A DNA stretch of 64,000 bases from Oscillospiraceae bacterium (lineage in GTDB: Bacteria > Bacillota > Clostridia > Oscillospirales > Ruminococcaceae). Below the pieces are notes generated by a model. It was given only the letters and a program-made list of their open reading frames with translations, did not search any database and was not told where the DNA came from. A program made the position numbers and the translations under genes. The stretch spans positions 266,657 to 330,656 of the forward strand of contig JAJQFI010000024.1 in assembly GCA_021201235.1 (NCBI GenBank), read 5' to 3'. Shown in pieces: positions 18,141-30,519 of this stretch (position 1 is its first letter; every line of letters starts with the position of its first letter).

Positions 18141-19067
18141 ATGAGTAGCTACAAAGATTTAAGAATCGTAGACAACTTTTATCAGACCTCGGCGTTCTTC
18201 CCGATGCCGACGATGATGATTGGCACCATAGCTGACGACGGAAGCACAACCTTCGGTCCCTACTCCCTCTGTTCGCCCTACTATGTTGCGGGCAAGGGAT
18301 ATTATGCAATGATTCTCAACTGCCGCAATTCTTCGAATACGGCGCAGAACATTCTCAAGAGAAAGAGATGCACTCTCAACTTCATCTATGACGACAAGAA
18401 GCTCTTCAAGGAGGCTGTCAGAATGGGTTGGCCCGGGGACACTCCCGAGGAGAAGATGAAGGACTGCAAGTTCACCCTCGAGGACGGACTTCTCAAGGAA
18501 GCCGACCCGAACGGCATTTATCCGCAGGTCATCAAGGAGTGCTTCCAGGTATTTGAGTGCGTATGGGTTGACACCCTCGACAATGCGCAGGACGACCAGC
18601 CCGGCGAGCTCCACGGCTATTCCGGGCCCTACCACGATTTCAACGGAATTACATCTGAGTTCGGCGCGCACTTCATCCTCAAAATCGAGAAGATTCTCAT
18701 GAAGGAGAAGCACTACAACGCCATCATCAACGGCGTCAAGGCTTCCGGGTTCCCGAAGGTTCCGGTTGACTACGGCTATCGCGATTCGAAGAACTTCTGG
18801 TATACCCACTTCTCCCGCCCGATCCCCGAGCTTCTGCCGGTAAGAGAGGGTAACCTCGACTCGGTCAAGTACGCCGCCAAGAGAATCGACCCGGATGTCC
18901 AGTTCACCGACGAAGCCTGCATGAAGCTCATCAACGTCCCGAGAATCTTCCTCCCGACCGCTCTCAAGGGCTGTGTTGATTGGGCAAAGCAGAACGGCGT
19001 CACCCTCATCACCGAGGAGCACATGAACATCATCAACGACAAGCGCTCGAAAGAGAAGAACAAGTAA
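18141..19067 (+). CDS. Flavin reductase-like (split-barrel) domain protein with C-terminal extension
   Basis: Start at MSSYKDL (SD GGAGG). The N-terminal about 190 aa resemble the FMN-binding split-barrel flavin reductase family. This is a weak by-eye call. Confidence 0.4.
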   Translation: MSSYKDLRIVDNFYQTSAFFPMPTMMIGTIADDGSTTFGPYSLCSPYYVAGKGYYAMILNCRNSSNTAQNILKRKRCTLNFIYDDKKLFKEAVRMGWPGDTPEEKMKDCKFTLEDGLLKEADPNGIYPQVIKECFQVFECVWVDTLDNAQDDQPGELHGYSGPYHDFNGITSEFGAHFILKIEKILMKEKHYNAIINGVKASGFPKVPVDYGYRDSKNFWYTHFSRPIPELLPVREGNLDSVKYAAKRIDPDVQFTDEACMKLINVPRIFLPTALKGCVDWAKQNGVTLITEEHMNIINDKRSKEKNK

Positions 19068-19085
19068 TCAGAAAGGGGAAACAAC

Positions 19086-19937
19086 ATGAAAGTAGTTCTG
19101 GCAGGAGCTTATGGCAAGCTCGGAAGCGAAATCCTCAAGTCGCTCGTTTCGAGAAATATCGAAACCGTTGCGGCTGATATGGTTGAAAGAGACATCGAGG
19201 GGCTTGACAAGTCGAAGTACACCTTCAAGAAGCTTGACGTCACCAATAAAGAGGCTCTCAAAGGCTTGTGCGACGGCGCAGACACGGTTATCACGACCGT
19301 TGGTCTCACCGCCACAAGCGCGACCCTCACAAACTATGATATCGACTACAACGGCAACCTGAATCTCTTGGAAGAGGCAAAGCGTGCCGGTGTTACGAAG
19401 TTCGTCTATATCTCGGTTATCAAGGCTGACAAGGCGCCCGACGTCCCGATGCTCCACGCAAAGTATCTCTTTGAAGAGAAGCTCAAGGAAAGCGGAATCT
19501 CCTATGTCATCCACCGCCCGACCGGCTATTTCTACGACATCGTAAAAGTATTCAAGCCGATGATCAAAGAAGGCAAGGTCACCCTTCTCGGAAAAGAAGC
19601 TGTTCACGCCAACGTCGTCCACACTCCCGACTTCGCCGAGTTCATCGTCGACCACATCGGCGACAATAACGTCACCTACGATGTCGGAGGAAAAGAGACC
19701 TGGTCTTATGAAGAGATTGCCCGCATGTGCTTCGCGGCGGCTGGCAAGGAGCCGGTCATCAAGCGTGCTCCGGCTTGGCTCTTCGACGTATTGGGAAATC
19801 TCCCAAAGAACAAGAAGAACGGCAAGAAGGCAATCCTCAAGTTCTCGAAGTGGACTCTGACGGAAGAGATGGTCGGCGACACACATGTCGGCGATTCGAG
19901 CTTCAAGCAGTACATCAACGAGAGTTTCAAGAAGTAA
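19086..19937 (+). CDS. NAD(P)-binding atypical SDR (NmrA-like) protein
   Basis: N-terminal Rossmann motif VVLAGAYGKLGSEI; 283 aa. Confidence 0.7.
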   Translation: MKVVLAGAYGKLGSEILKSLVSRNIETVAADMVERDIEGLDKSKYTFKKLDVTNKEALKGLCDGADTVITTVGLTATSATLTNYDIDYNGNLNLLEEAKRAGVTKFVYISVIKADKAPDVPMLHAKYLFEEKLKESGISYVIHRPTGYFYDIVKVFKPMIKEGKVTLLGKEAVHANVVHTPDFAEFIVDHIGDNNVTYDVGGKETWSYEEIARMCFAAAGKEPVIKRAPAWLFDVLGNLPKNKKNGKKAILKFSKWTLTEEMVGDTHVGDSSFKQYINESFKK

Positions 19938-19950
19938 GGGGGATTAAGCT

Positions 19951-20757
19951 ATGAGTATATGGGGATATTTTGGGATATTCTTTGTTGTCAGCCTTCTGTG
20001 CTGTGCAATCGGATTCAAGAAGTATGTCTACTTCCTCTCGGTCGGCTACGGCTTCTCCGTAATCGGCTTGGGAATCGCCTATCTCGTTTCAGCGTTTGCG
20101 GGCGGCTTCGCATGGAATATCGTAACGATTTTGCAGTGTGTTCTTTTCGTAGTCTACGGCGCAAGACTTTCCGGCTTCTTGCTCGCAAGAGAGCTTAAGA
20201 ACGGCAACTATCGCAAGGTTCTGAAAGAAGCTACGAAAGAGGACGAAAAGCCGATGCCGGTCTTCGTCAAGATTGCAATCTGGCTCTGCGTCGGGCTCCT
20301 CTACTTCGCCCAGACCTCGCCGGTCTTCTACAGAATCTATAACGGCAAGGGCGAGGACGTCGTCCTCCCGCTCATCGGCGTAATCATCAGTGCCTGTGGG
20401 CTCATCCTCGAGTCGATTTCCGACAAGCAGAAGAGCGCTCAGAAGGCTGAAAAACCGAACATGGTTGCGACCAAAGGGCTCTTCAGGATGGTTCGTTGCC
20501 CGAACTACCTCGGTGAAATCATCTTCTGGACGGGTGTCCTCATCGGCTCGGTCAACGCTCTTCATGGCGTTGGACAGTGGATTGTTGCAATCCTCGGCTG
20601 GATTCTCATCGTGATGGTAATGTTCAACGGCGCACAGCGTCTTGACCGCCGTCAGGAAAAGAGATACGGCTCTATGAAGGAATACAGAGACTATGCCGAC
20701 CACACGCCGATTATTCTGCCGCTGATTCCTCTTTATCATGTCGGAAAATATAAATAA
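19951..20757 (+). CDS. DUF1295 / steroid 5-alpha-reductase-like polytopic membrane protein
   Basis: C-terminal ..GLFRMVRCPNYLGEIIFWTG.. is the family signature shared by DUF1295, 5-alpha-reductase and ICMT-like enzymes. Confidence 0.65.
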   Translation: MSIWGYFGIFFVVSLLCCAIGFKKYVYFLSVGYGFSVIGLGIAYLVSAFAGGFAWNIVTILQCVLFVVYGARLSGFLLARELKNGNYRKVLKEATKEDEKPMPVFVKIAIWLCVGLLYFAQTSPVFYRIYNGKGEDVVLPLIGVIISACGLILESISDKQKSAQKAEKPNMVATKGLFRMVRCPNYLGEIIFWTGVLIGSVNALHGVGQWIVAILGWILIVMVMFNGAQRLDRRQEKRYGSMKEYRDYADHTPIILPLIPLYHVGKYK

Positions 20758-20775
20758 TAGAAGGGAAAGAAAAAT

Positions 20776-21429
20776 ATGACCATTCCAATGGCGCTCGTTG
20801 ATTACATTCCGGTTCTGATGTTTTTAATCGCCGCTGTAATCCTTCAAAGAGACCTTTACAAAAGCATGAGCAAGGGTGCGTTTGCGCTCTTCTCGGCGGG
20901 AACCATCACCGTTTTTGTCGCAGGATTCTATAAGGCAACGTGGAAGCTCCTCTATGCCGCAGGAGTCTGCGACTTCACATCCTTAAACAAATCCTTCTTC
21001 CCGATGCAGACGACCGGCTTCGTCCTCGCCGCACTCGGAATGCTCGCGCTCCTTTGCCACAAGCAGGGCACTGAAAATGGGGACAAGCTCAACTCGGTTG
21101 CGATTATTCCGACTCTCGGAATCCTCCTGACCGCCGCGGCACCGTCGGAATACTCCGGCACGATGATATTCGTCATGCTGATGGTCCTGGGCGTCCTCGT
21201 TCTCGATGTCGGACTCATAATCATCTCGGCAAGGCATAAGCAAACCCTCGCCGCCGTGATTTACGGAATCTCGTTCGTGTTCGTAATGGGCATGGGATAT
21301 CTTTCATCGAAGGATTTCGAACAGGCTTCGATGAACTGGATTGCGGAATTCACGAATGTATTAGGACAGGGAACATTCCTTTTGGCGACGTGGATGCTTC
21401 ACAAAAAGATGGTTGCGGAAAGCAAGTAA
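20776..21429 (+). CDS. Polytopic membrane protein, unknown function
   Basis: 217 aa with about 6 TMs; last gene of the co-directional four-gene cluster. Confidence 0.5.
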   Translation: MTIPMALVDYIPVLMFLIAAVILQRDLYKSMSKGAFALFSAGTITVFVAGFYKATWKLLYAAGVCDFTSLNKSFFPMQTTGFVLAALGMLALLCHKQGTENGDKLNSVAIIPTLGILLTAAAPSEYSGTMIFVMLMVLGVLVLDVGLIIISARHKQTLAAVIYGISFVFVMGMGYLSSKDFEQASMNWIAEFTNVLGQGTFLLATWMLHKKMVAESK

Positions 21430-21449
21430 AGATTTTCAGGCATAAGAAA

Positions 21450-21480
21450 CCCCACCGTAGAGATGCGGTGGGGTGATTTT
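21450..21480. terminator. Bidirectional terminator between convergent genes
   Basis: CCCCACCG-tagagatg-CGGTGGGG flanked by A-rich and T-rich tracts. Confidence 0.7.
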
Positions 21481-21483
21481 CGC

Positions 21484-22131
21484 TTACTTCGATATCTCCG
21501 GTGACGGCAGATACGAATACTCCCCTGAAAAAGCTACTTTTGACCAATCAATCTTTCTTGTAAAGTAAACTATCTTGGAATACTTTTCTTCACTTATTTT
21601 CTTCCTGTATGTAGCAATTACTCTGACATAATCTGAGACGTTATTTCTGAGGTCTTCTTTAAGAACCGTATTGGGAATGTACTCTCCGCTTTCTTCATCT
21701 TTTACAAATCCCACACATGCTTTGGTGCCGCCTGCAAGCTTTTCGGTGTACAGCTTCGGACGCATTGAGCTGAAATCTCCTACCATATTAGCCATCAGAC
21801 TTTTATTTATGATATACGGGAGAATATCAAGCTTCATCTGTGTGGTACCCTTGTCTGAAAATTCAAAGTCATCAGGGCTTAACCTATGTGCCAGACAACG
21901 CTCATAAAACTCCGCCGCAGAAAACGCCGGCATATCATCTCTATCATTTTTGACAGGTCTTAGCCCGGTCATGTGCATATAACTATAGTCGTGAAATGTC
22001 ACTTCAACATAGGAAATCCGCTTGTGCTTGTCCATGCAAACAAACAGGAGATTCCGATTATTCAGTTCATCCCGATACTTCTCAGCGCAGTTTACTACAG
22101 TGTCAATAGCATCTTTCTTAGAATACTGCAT
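21484..22131 (-). CDS. Stand-alone BECR-fold (PBECR4-like) putative RNase / toxin-like protein
   Basis: 215 aa from MQYSKKD (SD GGAGAA). Blocks ..LLFVCMDKHKRISYVEVTFHDYSYMHMTGL.., ..KLDILPYI.., ..KLAGGTKACVGF.. and ..IPNTVLKEDLRN.. match my recollection of PBECR4-domain proteins. The gene looks AT-richer than its flanks. Confidence 0.45.
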   Translation of the reverse strand: MQYSKKDAIDTVVNCAEKYRDELNNRNLLFVCMDKHKRISYVEVTFHDYSYMHMTGLRPVKNDRDDMPAFSAAEFYERCLAHRLSPDDFEFSDKGTTQMKLDILPYIINKSLMANMVGDFSSMRPKLYTEKLAGGTKACVGFVKDEESGEYIPNTVLKEDLRNNVSDYVRVIATYRKKISEEKYSKIVYFTRKIDWSKVAFSGEYSYLPSPEISK

Positions 22132-22140
22132 TGTGTTCTC

Positions 22141-22200
22141 CAAAAAAACTAAAATAAAAGGAGACAGCCCACGATACCGCGGTATCGCTCGACTTTCTCC
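22141..22200 (-). terminator. Intrinsic terminator between the repeated RNA and the RNase-like gene
   Basis: GGAGA..CGATACCGCGGTATCG..TCTCC stem (22160-22200) followed on the minus strand by UUUUAUUUUAGUUUUUUU (22141-22159). Confidence 0.7.
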
Positions 22201-22370
22201 TTGATAACTGGTTTTTCTGTCGTCCGCCGACTCTCAGTTCCTTCCGGCAAAGCCGTTCTACTGCATCACTTCGGGTTTTTCCGTTGCCCGCCAACTCTCC
22301 GGTCCAAAGCCCGGCATCACTTTCGGATTTTAGGTGCCAGTCGCACCGGTGGGATGTCGCCCACCTTCCT
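22141..22370 (-). ncRNA. Structured leader / candidate antitoxin RNA: two 5' hairpins, two tandem copies of a 52-64-nt module, then a terminator
   Basis: Module copies at 22274-22325 and 22210-22273 (plus-strand coordinates). Between the copies a hairpin changes from GUUG/CAAC to GUCG/CGAC, a compensatory pair. The overlapping 76-aa plus-strand ORF has no SD. Confidence 0.5.
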
Positions 22371-22376
22371 ACTTAC

Positions 22377-22405
22377 ATTATACCCAATAGGAAGTGAAAA
22401 AGCAA
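22377..22405 (-). promoter_or_regulatory. Sigma-A promoter driving the structured RNA
   Basis: Minus strand: TTGCTT (22400-22405), 17-nt spacer, TATAAT (22377-22382). Confidence 0.6.
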
Positions 22406-22452
22406 TCGGAATCTTTGTAAATTTTCTATGAACGAAAATTTTGATTCTCCGC

Positions 22453-23196
22453 TCACTCTTCCCCATCCTCCTCCGGCATATCCCAGTTATGGTATACCTG
22501 CTGGACGTCGTCGTTATCGTCGAGGGCGTCGAGGAGGAGTCCCATAAGCTTGAGCTGGGTTTCGTCGGTGAGGGTTGTGTAAGTCGAAGGAATCATCGTG
22601 TCCTCTGCCGAGACGAGCTTATAGCCCATTCCGGAAAGCTTCTCCGAAATCTTATAGACATCGTTCGGGTCGGTGGAGACTTCGATAACCTCGTCTTCGA
22701 CGTTGAAGTCGTTCGCTCCGGCATCGAAGCAATCTTCCATCAGCTTGTCCTCGTCGACTCCGTCGTTCTCAAGGACGATTACGCCCTTGCGGGTGAACAT
22801 GAAGGAAACGCAACCGGTCGTGCCCATGTTTCCGCCGAACTTATCGAAGTAGTGGCGGACATCGGCGGCTGTACGGTTCTTGTTATCCGTCAGGCACTCG
22901 ACGATGATAGCGACTCCGCCGGGACCGTAGCCCTCATAGACCATCGTCTCGTAGCTGTTCTTGTCGTTGTCGCCGGCGGCTTTCTTGATAACACGCTCGA
23001 TGTTGTCGTTCGGGACGTTGTTAGCCTTCGCCTTGGCGATAAGGTCTCTCAGCTTGGAGTTGGAGCTCGGGTCAGGACCTCCCTCCTTGACGCAGACGGT
23101 AATCTCTCTGCCCATACGGGTGAAGACCTTCGCCTTCGCGCCGTCCGCAATTTCCTTCTTGCGCTTGATGTTGTTCCACTTTGAATGTCCTGACAT
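22453..23196 (-). CDS. yebC: YebC/PmpR-family transcriptional regulator
   Basis: MSGHSKWNNIKRKK... full-length 247 aa. Confidence 0.9.
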   Translation of the reverse strand: MSGHSKWNNIKRKKEIADGAKAKVFTRMGREITVCVKEGGPDPSSNSKLRDLIAKAKANNVPNDNIERVIKKAAGDNDKNSYETMVYEGYGPGGVAIIVECLTDNKNRTAADVRHYFDKFGGNMGTTGCVSFMFTRKGVIVLENDGVDEDKLMEDCFDAGANDFNVEDEVIEVSTDPNDVYKISEKLSGMGYKLVSAEDTMIPSTYTTLTDETQLKLMGLLLDALDDNDDVQQVYHNWDMPEEDGEE

Positions 23197-23208
23197 GTAA
23201 ATCTCTCC

Positions 23209-23619
23209 TTAGTTTAATGCTGAGTCCTGATTTGTCCAAATAATTTCAAATAATTCACGAACCCGCTCCTGCTGTCCCGTCAGATATAAGTATCCGAAAA
23301 GGCACTCGAGTGCGGTTGCTGTTCTGTATTCACGGACGCTTGAATGCCTCGGCGGAGTGATTCCACCGGCATTCCTTCCTCTGCGAAAGATGTCCGATTC
23401 CTCTTCCGAAAGAAGAGGCAATATTCTCTCGCATGAAGCCGACTGAAACTCACAGCAGACATACTTGACCGTGAGACTGTGGAGCTTTCCGGCGGGCATA
23501 TTGGCGCTTAAAATGAGCTTTTCTCTGACGAGCTGTTCATAAACGCTGTCGCCCATGAATGCAAGAGCCAACGGGCTATAGAGCCCTGCTTCCTTTTTAT
23601 CCAAAGCCTTGAACGACAT
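23209..23619 (-). CDS. mrnC: Mini-ribonuclease III
   Basis: ..LALAFMGDSVYE.. RNase III signature; start at MSFKAL with SD GGAGG. Confidence 0.8.
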   Translation of the reverse strand: MSFKALDKKEAGLYSPLALAFMGDSVYEQLVREKLILSANMPAGKLHSLTVKYVCCEFQSASCERILPLLSEEESDIFRRGRNAGGITPPRHSSVREYRTATALECLFGYLYLTGQQERVRELFEIIWTNQDSALN

Positions 23620-23633
23620 TCTATCCTCCAAAG

Positions 23634-24968
<1,335 letters not shown>

Positions 24969-24980
24969 TCAGCAAATCGC

Positions 24981-25265
24981 TTATTTTTCTACAGGATAAA
25001 CGCTTACCTGCTTCCTGTCACGACCCAATCTTTCAAACCTTACTACACCGTCTACCTTTGCATAGAGGGTATCATCTGAGCCGATGCCGACGTTGACGCC
25101 GGGATGGATATGCGTTCCTCTCTGGCGATAGAGGATGTTGCCCGCAGGTACGAACTGACCGTCAGCTCTCTTTGCGCCTAATCTTTTCGATTCGGACTCA
25201 CGACCGTTCTTGGTCGAGCTTGCTTCCTTTTTATGGGCGAAGAACTGCATACTTAATCTTAACAT
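24981..25265 (-). CDS. rpmA: 50S ribosomal protein L27 (with cleavable N-terminal extension)
   Basis: [13 protein letters not shown].. The Firmicutes-type propeptide ends in FF|A. Confidence 0.9.
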   Translation of the reverse strand: MLRLSMQFFAHKKEASSTKNGRESESKRLGAKRADGQFVPAGNILYRQRGTHIHPGVNVGIGSDDTLYAKVDGVVRFERLGRDRKQVSVYPVEK

Positions 25266-25302
25266 TTTATTTCACCGCTTTCTGAATTCGTTGGAATCTC
25301 CG

Positions 25303-25620
25303 TTACGATTCTTCAATCGTAACCGCTACATTTTCGGGGTACTCTTCACTCAAGGCTTCAAGGTGCTCTTTCAAAGCTCCTATAAGCCTGTCCGCATTTT
25401 CTGACTTCTCATTCACCGTGAATCTCACCGTGTCGTCGTAAACTTCCGGCACTGCGTCCACATTGAAGCCGTCAATGCAGCTGTTGACAGTGAGCATCAC
25501 TGCCGAGGAAACGGCGGCACAAACGATGTCGCTCCCCGCTTCCGAATATCCCGAATGTCCCGAGACGGAAAAGCCCTTATAGCTCCCCTGCCCGGTCACT
25601 TTAAATAACGCCGTTATCAT
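25303..25620 (-). CDS. prp: Ribosomal-processing cysteine protease Prp
   Basis: ..GHSGY..GSDIVCAAVS.. His/Cys dyad; located between rplU and rpmA. Confidence 0.85.
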   Translation of the reverse strand: MITALFKVTGQGSYKGFSVSGHSGYSEAGSDIVCAAVSSAVMLTVNSCIDGFNVDAVPEVYDDTVRFTVNEKSENADRLIGALKEHLEALSEEYPENVAVTIEES

Positions 25621-25934
25621 TATGCCTTGATGGCTTCGATTCTCACCTGAGTGTAGGGCTGTCTATGACCCTGCTTCTTGTGAGAAGAGCCCTTCTTGGG
25701 CTTGTAGGTGAAAACGGTAATCTTCTTAGCCTTGCCGTTCTTAAGAACCTTGGCATCAACGGTTGCGCCCTCAACATAGGGTGTACCAACAGAAGTTGTT
25801 TCGCCGTCAGAGAGGACTACAACTTTATCAAAAGTAACTTCCTCATCGGCTTCTACGGGAAGCTTCTCGATGAAGACGACATCGCCCTCGTGAACCTGAT
25901 ACTGCTTTCCGCCTGTTTCAATTACTGCATACAT
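25620..25934 (-). CDS. rplU: 50S ribosomal protein L21
   Basis: [14 protein letters not shown].. Confidence 0.9.
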   Translation of the reverse strand: MYAVIETGGKQYQVHEGDVVFIEKLPVEADEEVTFDKVVVLSDGETTSVGTPYVEGATVDAKVLKNGKAKKITVFTYKPKKGSSHKKQGHRQPYTQVRIEAIKA

Positions 25935-26096
25935 TTCTCGGCACCTGCCTTTACTATAAAACTCGCTATGCGACGGAGAAAAAGCTCATAAAATCGCTCT
26001 TTACTTGAGAACCGACCATAAGCGGCTTAAAAATTATACTACATTACGGGGTCAAATGCAACTGAAAAGAGGGATTGTTCACAGAAAATTTACAAA

Positions 26097-28400
<2,304 letters not shown>

Positions 28401-28421
28401 TTATTATCTCCGATTCAAATA

Positions 28422-29300
28422 TCATCCCATCAGATTAAGCTCATAGAAGAACTTAAAGATATACGTCAGCTCTATTGTGTCGGTATTCAGGAAGATAAGC
28501 GAGTCGCCGCTGACGTTGACGACAAGCTTAATGAGAAGTGCCAGTCCGTATACCGTGATAAGACCTTCGACCGCGCCGAGTATCGCTCCCAAAAGCACAT
28601 TCAGGGCACCGATCAGAGGGATCTTGTTTGCAAATTTGAACATGTTCGAGACGGGGTTTATAACCAGTCTCAGAACAAATAAGAGAACCAAAAATACGAC
28701 TATCTTGAGTGCCAATTCGATAATCGGTCGAACGATTTCCTCCTCCGCTGTGGCGGCTGTTTCCTCGGCAGAACCGGTCAGGAATACGTTTACAACCTCC
28801 GACATATCGCCGGTGGCGGCTCCCAACGTTTCGAGCGCATTTATGATGTAGTCGCTGAATAAAAAGCTCTCGACCGTGCTTGTGACGGAGCTTTCAACCC
28901 CCGTAGCTATCGACGAAGCCGAATCCTGCGAGCCGTTTTCCCGAAGGGTTTCCGCAAGCTCGTTGAAGAGATCCGAAGCTCCCGAAATAATCTCGCCGAT
29001 TTCGCTGTCGGAGACAGTAGTGCCGTAGTCGCCCGAGGTCAAGGCATCCGAAACCACCGTGACGGGGTCCTTCTTTGAAGCCGTCTCGGTCAGGGTGTCT
29101 ATAACCGTCTCGTGGATGAAGCTGTCGTAAATAAGCAGCGAGAGAGCCTCGGCTCCGAACCAGCTCACAAAGAATGCCGCCACGATGAGAATGGCATAAA
29201 CGGCACTCCGAAGAAAGCCCCTTTTCGAGCCTTGGTAAAGCGTAATCAGGATTATTCCTATCACGCAGACATCGTAGAATATATAAAGATAATCGGTCAT
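28422..29300 (-). CDS. CvpA-family membrane protein
   Basis: 292 aa. N-terminal TMs with ..LYQGSKRGFLRS.. resembling CvpA; C-terminal TMs. Confidence 0.5.
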   Translation of the reverse strand: MTDYLYIFYDVCVIGIILITLYQGSKRGFLRSAVYAILIVAAFFVSWFGAEALSLLIYDSFIHETVIDTLTETASKKDPVTVVSDALTSGDYGTTVSDSEIGEIISGASDLFNELAETLRENGSQDSASSIATGVESSVTSTVESFLFSDYIINALETLGAATGDMSEVVNVFLTGSAEETAATAEEEIVRPIIELALKIVVFLVLLFVLRLVINPVSNMFKFANKIPLIGALNVLLGAILGAVEGLITVYGLALLIKLVVNVSGDSLIFLNTDTIELTYIFKFFYELNLMG

Positions 29301-29313
29301 GGTTTCTCTTTGA

Positions 29314-30501
29314 TCAGTCTCCTACCGAAGCCTTGATAACGCTCCGGTAGTTGAGAAGAATTGCGTTGTTGTCGTAGATTACGAACGACGTATATGTGGC
29401 TCCGAGAGCCGTTTCGGACCTGAGCTCGCCCGAAGAGCTGAGGCAATCGAGCTGTGAAGATGTATTAAGATACACCTTGTCATTGCTCACAAGCACATAT
29501 TCGATTTCTTCATTATAAGTAATTTCAGTCGGTTCGTCAAGTCCCGCTTCAAAAATTGCTACAAGATATTCGTCGCTTCCCGCCTTCTCAAACGTTACGG
29601 CGCAGACGTCGTCCCGAGCGGAAAATCCGCTTATGTCATAGGTATAGTCATACGAATATGCGACACTGCAGTCGCTATTGAGAAGATACACGGCGTCGCT
29701 TCCGACAACCCAGATTTCATTATCGTCGGTGAATTCAATGTCGAGCGTCAGGGTCTCGATAGCCGAGGACTTTGCCTGAATTTCGGTCGAGCTGAAATCG
29801 AGGACATAGACAAGCGTCTTGAGGATTCCTCCCGAGGCATAAAGGCTCGCAACGGCACAGCCCGAGCCGGAGTCGTTCATGGCAATCGCCATGATGTAGT
29901 TGCCGTCCGCCCAGTGGAAAATCTCGGTGCCGTTCTTGTCATATATAGTTAAGTATGAGACATATTTGTCGGTTGAGGTGACAACAGCGATATTTCCCTT
30001 CTCGCCTATCTCGGCGAAAAGTATCTGGTCATCAAGCTTCTTTTCGAAAATCTCGTTGCGCCTGCTTATCACCATCAGGCTGTAGCCGCCCATGTCATAG
30101 ACGAGCGCCCTTGACGATGAGGTCTCGACGGTCGGAGTGCCGTAGGGCGCATAGACCGACTGGATGGTCGAGCCTGAGGTGTCATAGGTGGTGATGGACG
30201 TGTCGGAGAACATGACCCAGCAGTCCTTCATAGCGCCGATAGAGACGTTCGAGCGGCTCGAGACATCAAACGGGAAGTTCGACTCCTCTTTCTCGTCCTC
30301 AAGTGTGGTCGAGGTCGCCGACTCATAGCCCTCCTCGAGGATGTTCTCGAAATACGGGAGCCAGCTGTCGTGTGTGAGATATATAAGAAACGCGACGGCG
30401 AGCACGGCAAGAATCGTCAAAAGTCTTCTTATGAACCGCCTGCTTCTGCGGCTCCTGCGGAGCTTCTTTATGTCGGTTTCATAGGAATTTATTGAAGCCA
30501 C
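29314..30501 (-). CDS. Membrane-anchored protein of unknown function (N-terminal TM, beta-rich ectodomain)
   Basis: 395 aa. Basic N-terminus, then TM LLTILAVLAVAFLIYL. Confidence 0.5.
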   Translation of the reverse strand: MASINSYETDIKKLRRSRRSRRFIRRLLTILAVLAVAFLIYLTHDSWLPYFENILEEGYESATSTTLEDEKEESNFPFDVSSRSNVSIGAMKDCWVMFSDTSITTYDTSGSTIQSVYAPYGTPTVETSSSRALVYDMGGYSLMVISRRNEIFEKKLDDQILFAEIGEKGNIAVVTSTDKYVSYLTIYDKNGTEIFHWADGNYIMAIAMNDSGSGCAVASLYASGGILKTLVYVLDFSSTEIQAKSSAIETLTLDIEFTDDNEIWVVGSDAVYLLNSDCSVAYSYDYTYDISGFSARDDVCAVTFEKAGSDEYLVAIFEAGLDEPTEITYNEEIEYVLVSNDKVYLNTSSQLDCLSSSGELRSETALGATYTSFVIYDNNAILLNYRSVIKASVGD

Positions 30502-30519
30502 TTATGCTCGCCTCCCATC

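Noticed and set aside
18159-19886. Long antisense ORFs (287 aa at 18159-19022 and 272 aa at 19068-19886). Similar shadow ORFs occur at 22441-23184, 14966-15691, 38742-39710 and 53557-54597.
   Set aside because: They lie fully inside, and antisense to, genes with clear family signatures. Their translations are Arg/Val/Glu-rich and low-complexity, typical of shadow frames in high-G+C DNA, and they lack an SD.
22141-22370. Known RNA classes for the structured leader: T-box (GAUACCGCG near the terminator), SRP RNA (CCGGAAGGAA), glycine riboswitch (GGAGAG / CUCUCAG) and ykkC-like (GGACCGGAGAG ... CGGGCAACGGAAAAACCCGAAG)
   Set aside because: Each resemblance is a short partial match. There is no UGGN T-box bulge or specifier architecture. 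There is no SRP helix-8 symmetric loop. Element order does not fit the glycine or ykkC consensus as I recall them. A covariance-model scan is needed before any of these names is used.
22201-22431. 76-aa plus-strand ORF (MITGFSVVRRLSVPSG...) covering the intergenic region upstream of the RNase-like gene
   Set aside because: It has no SD and a low-complexity, Arg/Ser/Pro-rich translation. It lies exactly on the tandem hairpin modules, which show a compensatory stem change. It is better explained as structured RNA on the opposite strand.
25935-26096. Possible ribosomal-protein L21 leader RNA upstream of rplU
   Set aside because: The position is right for an autoregulatory leader. However, I could not identify a convincing conserved stem-loop or terminator by eye, so it is left unannotated.
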